Positions 13,101 through 28,100 of a stretch of 64,000 nt of DNA are shown here, piece by piece. The position numbers and the translations under genes were made by a program. Under the pieces are notes generated by a model that did no database searches, had not been told where the DNA came from, and was given only the letters and a program-made list of their open reading frames with translations. The first letter of the stretch is position 1. Every line of letters begins with the position of its first letter. Origin of the DNA: Macrostomum lignano (Eukaryota); assembly GCA_002269645.1 (NCBI GenBank), contig NIVC01000452.1, forward strand, positions 310,001-374,000. The letters run 5' to 3'.

Positions 13101-16100
13101 CCCTCTCCCTCACTGTCTCCACTCTCTCTCCATCTCCCTCTCCCTCACTGTCTCCACTTTCTCTCTCCATCTCCCTCTCCCTCACTGTGTCCATTCTGTC
13201 TCCATCTCCCTCTCCCTCACTGTGTCCATTCTGTCTCCATCTCCCTCTCCCTCACTGTGTCCATTCTGTCTCCATCTCCCTCTCCCTCACTGTGTCCATT
13301 CTCTCCATCTCCCTCTCCCTCACTGTCTCCACTTCTCTCTCATCTCCCTCTCCCTCACTGTGTCCATTCTGTCTCCATCTCCCTCTCCCTCACTGTCTCC
13401 ATTCTGTCTCCATCTCCCTCTCCCTCACTGTGTCCACTTCTCTCTCCATCTCCCTCTCCCTCACTGTGTCCATTCTGTCTCCATCTCCCTCTCCCTCACT
13501 GTGTCCATTCTGTCTCCATCTCCCTCTCCCTCACTGTGTCCATTCTGTCTCCATCTCCCTCTCCCTCACTGTGTCCATTCTGTCTCCATCTCCCTCTCCC
13601 TCACTGTGTCCATTCTCTCTCCATCTCCCTCTCCCTCACTGTGTCCATTCTGTCTCCATCTCCCTCTCCCTCACTGTGTCCATTCTGTCTCCATCTCCCT
13701 CTCCCTCACTGTGTCCATTCTGTCTCCATCTCCCTCTCCCTCACTGTGTCCATTCTCTCCATCTCCCTCTCCCTCACTGTGTCCATTCTCTCCATCTCCC
13801 TCTCCCTCACTGTGTCCATTCTGTCTCCATCTCCCTCTCCCTCACTGTGTCCATTCTCTCTCCATCTCCCTCTCCCTCACTGTGTCCATTCTGTCTCCAT
13901 CTCCCTCTCCCTCACTGTGTCCATTCTGTCTCCATCTCCCTCTCCCTCACTGTGTCCATTCTGTCTCCATCTCCCTCTCCCTCACTGTGTCCATTCTGTC
14001 TCCATCTCCCTCTCCCTCACTGTCTCCACTCTCTCTCCATCTCCCTCTCCCTCACTGTCTCCACTCTCTCTCCATCTCCCTCTCCCTCACTGTCTCCACT
14101 CTCTCTCATCTCCCTCTCCCTCACTGTGTCCACTCTCTCTCTCATCTCCCTCTCCCTCACTGTGTCCACTTCTCTCTCCATCTCCCTCTCCCTCACTGTG
14201 TCCATTCTGTCTCCATCTCCCTCTCCCTCACTGTGTCCATTCTGTCTCCATCTCCCTCTCCCTCACTGTGTCCATTCTGTCTCCATCTCCCTCTCCCTCA
14301 CTGTCTCCACTCTCTCTCCATCTCCCTCTCCCTCACTGTCTCCACTCTCTCTCATCTCCCTCTCCCTCACTGTGTCCATTCTCTCCATCTCCCTCTCCCT
14401 CACTGTGTCCATTCTGTCTCCATCTCCCTCTCCCTCACTGTGTCCATTCTGTCTCCATCTCCCTCTCCCTCACTGTGTCCATTCTGTCTCCATCTCCCTC
14501 TCCCTCACTGTGTCCATTCTGTCTCCATCTCCCTCTCCCTCACTGTGTCCATTCTGTCTCCATCTCCCTCTCCCTCACTGTGTCCATTCTGTCTCCATCT
14601 CCCTCTCCCTCACTGTGTCCACTTCTCTCCATCTCCCTCTCCCTCACTGTGTCCATTCTCTCTCCATCTCCCTCTCCCTCACTGTGTCCATTCTGTCTCC
14701 ATCTCCCTCTCCCTCACTGTGTCCATTCTGTCTCCATCTCCCTCTCCCTCACTGTGTCCATTCTGTCTCCATCTCCCTCTCCCTCACTGTGTCCATTCTG
14801 TCTCCATCTCCCTCTCCCTCACTGTGTCCATTCTGTCTCCATCTCCCTCTCCCTCACTGTGTCCATTCTCTCTCCATCTCCCTCTCCCTCACTGTGTCCA
14901 TTCTGTCTCCATCTCCCTCTCCCTCACTGTGTCCATTCTCTCTCCATCTCCCTCTCCCTCACTGTGTCCATTCTGTCTCCATCTCCCTCTCCCTCACTGT
15001 GTCCATTCTGTCTCCATCTCCCTCTCCCTCACTGTGTCCATTCTCTCCATCTCCCTCTCCCTCACTGTGTCCATTCTCTCTCCATCTCCCTCTCCCTCAC
15101 TGTGTCCATTCTGTCTCCATCTCCCTCTCCCTCACTGTGTCCATTCTCTCTCCATCTCCCTCTCCCTCACTGTGTCCATTCTCTCCATCTCCCTCTCCCT
15201 CACTGTGTCCATTCTGTCTCCATCTCCCTCTCCCTCACTGTGTCCACTTCTCTCTCCATCTCCCTCTCCCTCACTGTGTCCATTCTGTCTCCATCTCCCT
15301 CTCCCTCACTGTGTCCATTCTCTCTCCATCTCCCTCTCCCTCACTGTGTCCACTCTCTCTCCATCTCCCTCTCCCTCACTGTGTCCATCTCTCTCCATCT
15401 CCCTCTCCCTCACTGTGTCCATTCTCTCTCCATCTCCCTCTCCCTCACTGTGTCCATTCTGTCTCCATCTCCCTCTCCCTCACTGTGTCCATTCTCTCCA
15501 TCTCCCTCTCCCTCACTGTGTCCATCTCTCTCCATCTCCCTCTCCCTCACTGTCTCCACTCTCTCTCATCTCCCTCTCCCTCACTGTGTCCACTTCTCTC
15601 CATCTCCCTCTCCCTCACTGTGTCCATTCTCTCTCCATCTCCCTCTCCCTCACTGTGTCCATTCTGTCTCCATCTCCCTCTCCCTCACTGTGTCCACTTC
15701 TCTCTCCATCTCCCTCTCCCTCACTGTGTCCACTTCTCTCTCCATCTCCCTCTCCCTCACTGTGTCCATTCTGTCTCCATCTCCCTCTCCCTCACTGTGT
15801 CCACTTCTCTCTCCATCTCCCTCTCCCTCACTGTCTCCATTCTCTCTCCATCTCCCTCTCCCTCACTGTGTCCATTCTGTCTCCATCTCCCTCTCCCTCA
15901 CTGTGTCCATTCTGTCTCCATCTCCCTCTCCCTCACTGTGTCCATTCTGTCTCCATCTCCCTCTCCCTCACTGTGTCCATTCTGTCTCCATCTCCCTCTC
16001 CCTCACTGTGTCCATTCTGTCTCCATCTCCCTCTCCCTCACTGTGTCCATTCTGTCTCCATCTCCCTCTCCCTCACTGTGTCCATTCTCTCTCCATCTCC

Positions 16101-19100
16101 CTCTCCCTCACTGTGTCCATTCTCTCCATCTCCCTCTCCCTCACTGTGTCCATTCTGTCTCCATCTCCCTCTCCCTCACTGTGTCCATTCTGTCTCCATC
16201 TCCCTCTCCCTCACTGTGTCCATTCTGTCTCCATCTCCCTCTCCCTCACTGTGTCCATTCTGTCTCCATCTCCCTCTCCCTCACTGTGTCCATTCTGTCT
16301 CCATCTCCCTCTCCCTCACTGTGTCCATTCTCTCTCCATCTCCCTCTCCCTCACTGTGTCCATTCTGTCTCCATCTCCCTCTCCCTCACTGTGTCCACTC
16401 TCTCTCCATCTCCCTCTCCCTCACTGTGTCCATTCTCTCCATCTCCCTCTCCCTCACTGTGTCCATTCTGTCTCCATCTCCCTCTCCCTCACTGTGTCCA
16501 TTCTGTCTCCATCTCCCTCTCCCTCACTGTGTCCATTCTGTCTCCATCTCCCTCTCCCTCACTGTGTCCATTCTCTCCATCTCCCTCTCCCTCACTGTCT
16601 CCATTCTCTCTCATCTCCCTCTCCCTCACTGTGTCCATTCTGTCTCCATCTCCCTCTCCCTCACTGTGTCCATTCTCTCTCCATCTCCCTCTCCCTCACT
16701 GTGTCCATTCTGTCTCCATCTCCCTCTCCCTCACTGTGTCCATTCTCTCCATCTCCCTCTCCCTCACTGTGTCCATTCTGTCTCCATCTCCCTCTCCCTC
16801 ACTGTGTCCACTTCTCTCTCCATCTCCCTCTCCCTCACTGTGTCCATTCTCTCCATCTCCCTCTCCCTCACTGTCTCCACTCTCTCTCTCATCTCCCTCT
16901 CCCTCACTGTGTCCATCTCTCTCCATCTCCCTCTCCCTCACTGTGTCCATTCTGTCTCCATCTCCCTCTCCCTCACTGTGTCCATTCTCTCTCCATCTCC
17001 CTCTCCCTCACTGTGTCCATTCTGTCTCCATCTCCCTCTCCCTCACTGTGTCCATTCTGTCTCCATCTCCCTCTCCCTCACTGTGTCCATTCTGTCTCCA
17101 TCTCCCTCTCCCTCACTGTGTCCATTCTCTCTCCATCTCCCTCTCCCTCACTGTGTCCATTCTGTCTCCATCTCCCTCTCCCTCACTGTGTCCATTCTGT
17201 CTCCATCTCCCTCTCCCTCACTGTGTCCATTCTGTCTCCATCTCCCTCTCCCTCACTGTGTCCATTCTGTCTCCATCTCCCTCTCCCTCACTGTGTCCAT
17301 TCTGTCTCCATCTCCCTCTCCCTCACTGTGTCCATTCTCTCTCATCTCCCTCTCCCTCACTGTGTCCATTCTCTCTCCATCTCCCTCTCCCTCACTGTGT
17401 CCATTCTGTCTCCATCTCCCTCTCCCTCACTGTGTCCATTCTGTCTCCATCTCCCTCTCCCTCACTGTGTCCATTCTGTCTCCATCTCCCTCTCCCTCAC
17501 TGTGTCCATTCTGTCTCCATCTCCCTCTCCCTCACTGTGTCCATTCTGTCTCCATCTCCCTCTCCCTCACTGTGTCCATTCTGTCTCCATCTCCCTCTCC
17601 CTCACTGTGTCCATTCTCTCTCCATCTCCCTCTCCCTCACTGTGTCCATTCTCTCTCCATCTCCCTCTCCCTCACTGTGTCCATTCTGTCTCCATCTCCC
17701 TCTCCCTCACTGTGTCCATTCTGTCTCCATCTCCCTCTCCCTCACTGTGTCCATTCTCTCCATCTCCCTCTCCCTCACTGTGTCCATTCTCTCTCCATCT
17801 CCCTCTCCCTCACTGTGTCCATTCTGTCTCCATCTCCCTCTCCCTCACTGTGTCCATTCTCTCTCCATCTCCCTCTCCCTCACTGTGTCCATTCTCTCTC
17901 CATCTCCCTCTCCCTCACTGTGTCCACTTCTCTCCATCTCCCTCTCCCTCACTGTGTCCACTCTCTCTCCATCTCCCTCTCCCTCACTGTGTCCACTCTC
18001 TCTCCATCTCCCTCTCCCTCACTGTGTCCACTTCTCTCTCCATCTCCCTCTCCCTCACTGTGTCCACTTCTCTCTCCATCTCCCTCTCCCTCACTGTGTC
18101 CATTCTCTCCATCTCCCTCTCCCTCACTGTGTCCATTCTCTCTCCATCTCCCTCTCCCTCACTGTGTCCATTCTGTCTCCATCTCCCTCTCCCTCACTGT
18201 GTCCATTCTGTCTCCATCTCCCTCTCCCTCACTGTGTCCACTTCTCTCCATCTCCCTCTCCCTCACTGTGTCCACTTCTCTCTCATCTCCCTCTCCCTCA
18301 CTGTCTCCATTCTCTCCATCTCCCTCTCCCTCACTGTGTCCATTCTGTCTCCATCTCCCTCTCCCTCACTGTGTCCATTCTCTCCATCTCCCTCTCCCTC
18401 ACTGTCTCTCTCTCCATCTCCCTCTCCCTCACTGTGTCCATTCTGTCTCCATCTCCCTCTCCCTCACTGTGTCCATTCTGTCTCCATCTCCCTCTCCCTC
18501 ACTGTGTCCATTCTCTCTCCATCTCCCTCTCCCTCACTGTGTCCATTCTCTCTCCATCTCCCTCTCCCTCACTGTGTCCATTCTGTCTCCATCTCCCTCT
18601 CCCTCACTGTGTCCATTCTGTCTCCATCTCCCTCTCCCTCACTGTGTCCATTCTTCTCCATCTCCCTCTCCCTCACTGTGTCCACTTCTCTCTCCATCTC
18701 CCTCTCCCTCACTGTGTCCATTCTGTCTCCATCTCCCTCTCCCTCACTGTGTCCATTCTGTCTCCATCTCCCTCTCCCTCACTGTGTCCATTCTGTCTCC
18801 ATCTCCCTCTCCCTCACTGTGTCCATTCTGTCTCCATCTCCCTCTCCCTCACTGTGTCCATTCTGTCTCCATCTCCCTCTCCCTCACTGTGTCCATTCTG
18901 TCTCCATCTCCCTCTCCCTCACTGTGTCCATTCTCTCTCCATCTCCCTCTCCCTCACTGTGTCCATTCTCTCTCCATCTCCCTCTCCCTCACTGTGTCCA
19001 CTTCTCTCTCCATCTCCCTCTCCCTCACTGTGTCCATTCTGTCTCCATCTCCCTCTCCCTCACTGTGTCCATTCTGTCTCCATCTCCCTCTCCCTCACTG

Positions 19101-22100
19101 TGTCCATTCTCTCCATCTCCCTCTCCCTCACTGTGTCCATTCTCTCTCCATCTCCCTCTCCCTCACTGTGTCCATTCTGTCTCCATCTCCCTCTCCCTCA
19201 CTGTGTCCATTCTCTCTCCATCTCCCTCTCCCTCACTGTGTCCATTCTCTCTCCATCTCCCTCTCCCTCACTGTGTCCATTCTCTCCATCTCCCTCTCCC
19301 TCACTGTGTCCATTCTCTCTCCATCTCCCTCTCCCTCACTGTGTCCATTCTGTCTCCATCTCCCTCTCCCTCACTGTGTCCATTCTCTCTCCATCTCCCT
19401 CTCCCTCACTGTCTCCACTCTCTCTCCATCTCCCTCTCCCTCACTGTGTCCACTCTCTCTCCATCTCCCTCTCCCTCACTGTCTCCACTCTCTCTCCATC
19501 TCCCTCTCCCTCACTGTGTCCACTTCTCTCTCCATCTCCCTCTCCCTCACTGTGTCCATTCTCTCCATCTCCCTCTCCCTCACTGTGTCCACTTTCTCTC
19601 TCCATCTCCCTCTCCCTCACTGTGTCCATTCTCTCTCCATCTCCCTCTCCCTCACTGTGTCCATTCTGTCTCCATCTCCCTCTCCCTCACTGTGTCCATT
19701 CTCTCTCCATCTCCCTCTCCCTCACTGTGTCCACTTTCTCTCTCATCTCCCTCTCCCTCACTGTGTCCATTCTGTCTCCATCTCCCTCTCCCTCACTGTG
19801 TCCATTCTGTCTCCATCTCCCTCTCCCTCACTGTGTCCATTCTCTCCATCTCCCTCTCCCTCACTGTCTCCACTTTCTCTCTCATCTCCCTCTCCCTCAC
19901 TGTGTCCATTCTGTCTCCATCTCCCTCTCCCTCACTGTGTCCATTCTGTCTCCATCTCCCTCTCCCTCACTGTGTCCACTTCTCTCTCCATCTCCCTCTC
20001 CCTCACTGTGTCCATTCTGTCTCCATCTCCCTCTCCCTCACTGTGTCCATTCTGTCTCCATCTCCCTCTCCCTCACTGTGTCCATTCTGTCTCCATCTCC
20101 CTCTCCCTCACTGTCTCCACTCTCTCTCCATCTCCCTCTCCCTCACTGTCTCCACTTTCTCTCTCATCTCCCTCTCCCTCACTGTGTCCATTCTGTCTCC
20201 ATCTCCCTCTCCCTCACTGTGTCCATTCTGTCTCCATCTCCCTCTCCCTCACTGTGTCCATTCTCTCTCCATCTCCCTCTCCCTCACTGTGTCCATTCTG
20301 TCTCCATCTCCCTCTCCCTCACTGTCTCCACTCTCTCTCCATCTCCTTCTCCCTCACTGTGTCCATTCTGTCTCCATCTCCCTCTCCCTCACTGTGTCCA
20401 TTCTGTCTCCATCTCCCTCTCCCTCACTGTGTCCACTTTCTCTCTCCATCTCCCTCTCCCTCACTGTGTCCATTCTGTCTCCATCTCCCTCTCCCTCACT
20501 GTCTCCACTCTCTCTCCATCTCCCTCTCCCTCACTGTGTCCACTTCTCTCTCCATCTCCCTCTCCCTCACTGTGTCCATTCTGTCTCCATCTCCCTCTCC
20601 CTCACTGTGTCCATTCTGTCTCCATCTCCCTCTCCCTCACTGTGTCCACTCTCTGTCTCCATCTCCCTCTCCCTCACTGTCTCCACTTTCTCTCTCCATC
20701 TCCCTCTCCCTCACTGTGTCCATTCTGTCTCCATCTCCCTCTCCCTCACTGTGTCCATTCTGTCTCCATCTCCCTCTCCCTCACTGTGTCCACTTCTCTC
20801 TCCATCTCCCTCTCCCTCACTGTGTCCACTTCTCTCATCTCCCTCTCCCTCACTGTGTCCACTTCTCTCTCCATCTCCCTCTCCCTCACTGTCTCCACTC
20901 TCTCTCTTCATCTCCCTCTCCCTCACTGTCTCCACTCTCTCTCCATCTCCCTCTCCCTCACTGTCTCCATTCTCTCTCCATCTCCCTCTCCCTCACTGTC
21001 TCCACTCTCTCTCTCATCTCCCTCTCCCTCACTGTCTCCATTCTCTCCATCTCCCTCTCCCTCACTGTGTCCATTCTGTCTCCATCTCCCTCTCCCTCAC
21101 TGTGTCCATTCTGTCTCCATCTCCCTCTCCCTCACTGTCTCCACTCTCTCTCCATCTCCCTCTCCCTCACTGTCTCCACTTCTCTCTATCTCCCTCTCCC
21201 TCACTGTGTCCATTCTGTCTCCATCTCCCTCTCCCTCACTGTGTCCATTCTGTCTCCATCTCCCTCTCCCTCACTGTGTCCATTCTGTCTCCATCTCCCT
21301 CTCCCTCACTGTGTCCACTTTCTCTCTCCATCTCCCTCTCCCTCACTGTGTCCATTCTGTCTCCATCTCCCTCTCCCTCACTGTCTCCACTCTCTCTCCA
21401 TCTCCCTCTCCCTCACTGTCTCCACTTTCTCTCTCCATCTCCCTCTCCCTCACTGTGTCCATTCTGTCTCCATCTCCCTCTCCCTCACTGTGTCCATTCT
21501 GTCTCCATCTCCCTCTCCCTCACTGTGTCCATTCTCTCTCCATCTCCCTCTCCCTCACTGTGTCCATTCTGTCTCCATCTCCCTCTCCCTCACTGTGTCC
21601 ACTTTCTGTCTCCATCTCCCTCTCCCTCACTGTGTCCATTCTGTCTCCATCTCCCTCTCCCTCACTGTGTCCATTCTGTCTCCATCTCCCTCTCCCTCAC
21701 TGTGTCCACTTTCTCTCTCCATCTCCCTCTCCCTCACTGTGTCCACTTTCTCTCTCCATCTCCCTCTCCCTCACTGTGTCCATTCTGTCTCCATCTCCCT
21801 CTCCCTCACTGTGTCCATTCTGTCTCCATCTCCCTCTCCCTCACTGTGTCCATTCTGTCTCCATCTCCCTCTCCCTCACTGTGTCCATTCTGTCTCCATC
21901 TCCCTCTCCCTCACTGTCTCCACTCTCTCTCTCCATCTCCCTCTCCCTCACTGTCTCCACTCTCTCTCCATCTCCCTCTCCCTCACTGTCTCCACTCTCT
22001 CTCTTCATCTCCCTCTCCCTCACTGTCTCCACTCTCTCTCATCTCCCTCTCCCTCACTGTGTCCACTTCTCTCTCCATCTCCCTCTCCCTCACTGTGTCC

Positions 22101-25100
22101 ATTCTGTCTCCATCTCCCTCTCCCTCACTGTGTCCATTCTGTCTCCATCTCCCTCTCCCTCACTGTCTCCACTCTCTCTCCATCTCCCTCTCCCTCACTG
22201 TCTCCACTTCTCTCTCATCTCCCTCTCCCTCACTGTGTCCATTCTGTCTCCATCTCCCTCTCCCTCACTGTGTCCATTCTCTCTCCATCTCCCTCTCCCT
22301 CACTGTGTCCATTCTGTCTCCATCTCCCTCTCCCTCACTGTGTCCACTTTCTCTCTCCATCTCCCTCTCCCTCACTGTGTCCATTCTGTCTCCATCTCCC
22401 TCTCCCTCACTGTGTCCATTCTCTCTCATCTCCCTCTCCCTCACTGTGTCCATTCTGTCTCCATCTCCCTCTCCCTCACTGTCTCCACTCTCTCTCTTCA
22501 TCTCCCTCTCCCTCACTGTCTCCACTCTCTCTCCATCTCCCTCTCCCTCACTGTCTCCACTCTCTCTCCATCTCCCTCTCCCTCACTGTCTCCACTTCTC
22601 TCTCATCTCCCTCTCCCTCACTGTGTCCACTTTCTCTCTCCATCTCCCTCTCCCTCACTGTGTCCATTCTGTCTCCATCTCCCTCTCCCTCACTGTGTCC
22701 ATTCTGTCTCCATCTCCCTCTCCCTCACTGTGTCCATTCTCTCTCCATCTCCCTCTCCCTCACTGTGTCCATTCTGTCTCCATCTCCCTCTCCCTCACTG
22801 TGTCCACTTTCTCTCTCCATCTCCCTCTCCCTCACTGTGTCCATTCTGTCTCCATCTCCCTCTCCCTCACTGTGTCCATTCTGTCTCCATCTCCCTCTCC
22901 CTCACTGTCTCCACTTTCTCTCTCTATCTCCCTCTCCCTCACTGTGTCCATTCTGTCTCCATCTCCCTCTCCCTCACTGTCTCCACTCTCTCTCTTCATC
23001 TCCCTCTCCCTCACTGTGTCCACTTTCTCTCTCCATCTCCCTCTCCCTCACTGTGTCCATTCTGTCTCCATCTCCCTCTCCCTCACTGTGTCCATTCTGT
23101 CTCCATCTCCCTCTCCCTCACTGTGTCCATTCTGTCTCCATCTCCCTCTCCCTCACTGTGTCCACTTTCTCTCTCCATCTCCCTCTCCCTCACTGTGTCC
23201 ATTCTGTCTCCATCTCCCTCTCCCTCACTGTGTCCACTTTCTCTCTCCATCTCCCTCTCCCTCACTGTCTCCACTCTCTCTCCATCTCCCTCTCCCTCAC
23301 TGTGTCCACTTTCTCTCTCCATCTCCCTCTCCCTCACTGTGTCCATTCTGTCTCCATCTCCCTCTCCCTCACTGTCTCCACTCTCTCTCTTCATCTCCCT
23401 CTCCCTCACTGTGTCCACTTTCTCTCTCCATCTCCCTCTCCCTCACTGTGTCCATTCTGTCTCCATCTCCCTCTCCCTCACTGTGTCCACTTTCTCTCTC
23501 CATCTCCCTCTCCCTCACTGTGTCCATTCTCTCTCCATCTCCCTCTCCCTCACTGTGTCCATTCTGTCTCCATCTCCCTCTCCCTCACTGTCTCCACTCT
23601 CTCTCCATCTCCCTCTCCCTCACTGTCTCCACTCTCTCTCCATCTCCCTCTCCCTCACTGTCTCCACTCTCTCTCTTCATCTCCCTCTCCCTCACTGTCT
23701 CCACTCTCTCTCCATCTCCCTCTCCCTCACTGTGTCCACTTTCTCTCTCCATCTCCCTCTCCCTCACTGTGTCCATTCTGTCTCCATCTCCCTCTCCCTC
23801 ACTGTGTCCACTTTCTCTCTCCATCTCCCTCTCCCTCACTGTGTCCATTCTGTCTCCATCTCCCTCTCCCTCACTGTGTCCATTCTGTCTCCATCTCCCT
23901 CTCCCTCACTGTGTCCACTTTCTCTCTCCATCTCCCTCTCCCTCACTGTCTCCACTTTCTCTCTCTATCTCCCTCTCCCTCACTGTGTCCATTCTGTCTC
24001 CATCTCCCTCTCCCTCACTGTGTCCATTCTGTCTCCATCTCCCTCTCCCTCACTGTCTCCACTCTCTCTCCATCTCCCTCTCCCTCACTGTCTCCACTTT
24101 CTCTCTCTATCTCCCTCTCCCTCACTGTGTCCATTCTGTCTCCATCTCCCTCTCCCTCACTGTGTCCATTCTGTCTCCATCTCCCTCTCCCTCACTGTGT
24201 CCACTTTCTCTCTCCATCTCCCTCTCCCTCACTGTGTCCATTCTGTCTCCATCTCCCTCTCCCTCACTGTGTCCATTCTGTCTCCATCTCCCTCTCCCTC
24301 ACTGTGTCCATTCTGTCTCCATCTCCCTCTCCCTCACTGTCTCCACTCTCTCTCCATCTCCCTCTCCCTCACTGTCTCCACTTTCTCTCTCTATCTCCCT
24401 CTCCCTCACTGTGTCCATTCTGTCTCCATCTCCCTCTCCCTCACTGTGTCCATTCTGTCTCCATCTCCCTCTCCCTCACTGTGTCCATTCTCTCTCCATC
24501 TCCCTCTCCCTCACTGTGTCCATTCTGTCTCCATCTCCCTCTCCCTCACTGTCTCCACTTTCTCTCTCTATCTCCCTCTCCCTCACTGTGTCCATTCTGT
24601 CTCCATCTCCCTCTCCCTCACTGTGTCCATTCTGTCTCCATCTCCCTCTCCCTCACTGTCTCCACTTTCTCTCTCTATCTCCCTCTCCCTCACTGTGTCC
24701 ATTCTGTCTCCATCTCCCTCTCCCTCACTGTCTCCACTCTCTCTCCATCTCCCTCTCCCTCACTGTGTCCACTTTCTCTCTCCATCTCCCTCTCCCTCAC
24801 TGTGTCCATTCTGTCTCCATCTCCCTCTCCCTCACTGTGTCCATTCTGTCTCCATCTCCCTCTCCCTCACTGTCTCCACTCTCTCTCCATCTCCCTCTCC
24901 CTCACTGTCTCCACTTTCTCTCTCTATCTCCCTCTCCCTCACTGTGTCCATTCTGTCTCCATCTCCCTCTCCCTCACTGTGTCCATTCTGTCTCCATCTC
25001 CCTCTCCCTCACTGTGTCCATTCTGTCTCCATCTCCCTCTCCCTCACTGTGTCCATTCTGTCTCCATCTCCCTCTCCCTCACTGTGTCCATTCTCTCTCC

Positions 25101-28100
25101 ATCTCCCTCTCCCTCACTGTGTCCATTCTGTCTCCATCTCCCTCTCCCTCACTGTCTCCACTTTCTCTCTCTATCTCCCTCTCCCTCACTGTGTCCATTC
25201 TGTCTCCATCTCCCTCTCCCTCACTGTCTCCACTCTCTCTCTTCATCTCCCTCTCCCTCACTGTGTCCACTTTCTCTCTCCATCTCCCTCTCCCTCACTG
25301 TGTCCATTCTGTCTCCATCTCCCTCTCCCTCACTGTGTCCACTTTCTCTCTCCATCTCCCTCTCCCTCACTGTGTCCATTCTGTCTCCATCTCCCTCTCC
25401 CTCACTGTGTCCACTTTCTCTCTCCATCTCCCTCTCCCTCACTGTGTCCATTCTCTCTCCATCTCCCTCTCCCTCACTGTCTCCACTTTCTCTCTCCATC
25501 TCCCTCTCCCTCACTGTGTCCACTCTCTCTCTCCATCTCCCTCTCCCTCACTGTGTCCATTCTCTCTCCATCTCCCTCTCCCTCACTGTCTCCACTTTCT
25601 CTCTCCATCTCCCTCTCCCTCACTGTGTCCACTCTCTCTCTCCATCTCCCTCTCCCTCACTGTGTCCATTCTCTCTCCATCTCCCTCTCCCTCACTGTCT
25701 CCACTCTCTCTCCATCTCCCTCTCCCTCACTGTCTCCACTCTCTCTCCATCTCCCTCTCCCTCACTGTCTCCACTCTCTCTCTTCATCTCCCTCTCCCTC
25801 ACTGTGTCCACTTTCTCTCTCCATCTCCCTCTCCCTCACTGTGTCCATTCTGTCTCCATCTCCCTCTCCCTCACTGTGTCCATTCTGTCTCCATCTCCCT
25901 CTCCCTCACTGTGTCCACTTTCTCTCTCCATCTCCCTCTCTGTGTCCACTCTCTCCCCATCTCCCTCTCCCTCACTGTGTCCACTCTCTCCCCATCTCCC
26001 TCTCTGTGTCCACTCTCTCCCCATCTCCCTCTCTGTGTCCACTCTCTCCCCATCTCCCTCTCCCTCACTGTCTCCACTCTCTCTTCATCTCCCTCCCCTC
26101 ACTGTGTCCACTCTCTCTCTCTCCATCTCCCTCTCCTTCACTGTCTCCACTCTCTCTTCATCTCCCTCCCCTCACTGTGTCCACTCTCTCTTCAGCTCCC
26201 TCCCCTCACTGTGTCCACTCTCTCTCCATCTCCCTCTCTGTGTCCACTCTCTCTCTCTCCATTTCCCTCTCCCTCACTGTGTCCACTCTCTCTCTCTCTC
26301 CATCTCCCTCACTGTGTCCACTCTCTCTCTCTCTCTCCATCTCCCTCACTGTGTCCACTCTCTCTCTCTCTCCATCTCCCTTTCCCTCACTGTCTTCACT
26401 CTCTTTCTCCATCTCCCTCTCCCTCACTGTGTCCACTCTCTTCATCTCTGACTGTCTCCTGTTTCCATATCCATTCAAAAGGAGACGAGCACATTAACTA
26501 TGGATAGTTGCTAACTATGCTGCACAGAAGAGCAAAAATGCAAAATGAAAATTTATCATATTTGCTTAATATTTTAGACTGCACAGGAAGCTCACGAGGC
26601 TGCAAGCCAACTATACACAGCTCACCGACATCCCCTGAGCTAAGAGTAACCATCGATTTTTCAGTGTGTTCTGCTCAAAAAATACTTCGTGTCAGGCGAC
26701 GCCCAGGGCGACGTAGGCTCGTCACTTTTCTCTCTTCTCTCGAATTGGTTGAACTTTCTCTTCAAGTGATACATATGCTTGTGCATACGAGCGCCGATTG
26801 CTGATGAGAAGACAGCCGGCCAGGCAGTCAGTCTGGCGCTTTAATTCCCTGCTCAAGTTTCGACGCTGATGCACTAAACCCGTCTCTATTTCTCTCTTCT
26901 CCCCCATCTCTCTCGCTCATTATCTCCCTCTCTTCTCTCTCTCGTCTGCCTTTCTCCTCCGCCTCGCTAATCTCTCTCTCCTCTCCCTCTATAATCTCTC
27001 TCTCCTCTCCCTCTCTAATCTCTCTAATCTCTCTCCTCTCCCTCTCTAATCTCTCTCTTCTCTCCCTCTCTAATCTCTCTCCTCTCCCTCTCTAATCTCT
27101 CTTTCCTCTCCCTCTCTAATCTCTCTTTCCTCTCCCTCTCTAATCTCTCTTTCCTCTCCCTCTCTAATCTCTCTTTCCTCTCCCTCTCTAATCTCTCTCT
27201 CCTCTCCCTCTCTAATCTCTCTTTCCTCTCCCTCTCTAATCTCTCTTTCCTCTCCCTCTATAATCTCTCTCTCCTCTCCCTCTCTAATCTCTCTCCTCTC
27301 TCCTCTCCCTCTCTAATCTCTCTCTTCTCTCCCTCTCTAATCTCTCTCTTCTCTCCCTCTCTAATCTCTCTCTCCTCTCCCTCTCTAATCTCTCTCCTCT
27401 CTCCTCTCCCTCTCTAATCTCTCTCTTCTCTCCCTCTCTAATCTCTCTCCTCTCCCTCTCTAATCTCTCTTTCCTCTCCCTCTCTAATCTCTCTCTCCTC
27501 TCCCTCTCTAATCTCTCTTTCCTCTCCCTCTCTAATCTCTCTCCTCTCCCTCTCTAATCTTTCTTTCCTCTCCCTCTCTAATCTCTCTTTCCTCTCCCTC
27601 TCTAATCTCTCTCCTCTCCCTCTCTAATCTCTCTTTCCTCTCCCTCTCTAATCTCTCTTTCCTCTCCCTCTCTAATCTCTCTCTCCTCTCCCTCTCTAAT
27701 CTCTCTCTCCTCTCCCTCTCTAATCTCTCTTTCCTCTCCCTCTATAATCTCTCTCTCCTCTCCCTCTCTAATCTCTCTCCTCTCTCCTCTCCCTCTCTAA
27801 TCTCTCTCTTCTCTCCCTCTCTAATCTCTCTCCTCTCCCTCTCTAATCTCTCTTTCCTCTCCCTCTCTAATCTCTCTCTCCTCTCCCTCTCTAATCTCTC
27901 TTCTCTCCCTCTCTAATCTCTCTTTCCTCTCCCTCTCTAATCTCTCTCCTCTCCCACTCTAATCTCTCTCTTCTCTCCCTCTCTAATCTCTCTTTCCTCT
28001 CCCTCTCTAATCTCTCTCTTCTCTCCCTCTCTAATCTCTCTCCTCTCCCTCTCTAATCTCTCTTTCCTCTCCCTCTCTAATCTCTCTTTCCTCTCCCTCT

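Noticed and set aside
9285-26507. Three overlapping 5,650-5,740-aa ORFs on the + strand
   Set aside because: The 35-bp C/T-rich unit has no stop codon in any + frame, so all three frames cycle through the same peptide; the region lies antisense within a Shank intron. Artefact.
26455-26880. Unique island between the two satellites as an alternative Shank exon
   Set aside because: Exons 4 and 5 already join in phase, and no Shank-like sequence or convincing splice pair was found.
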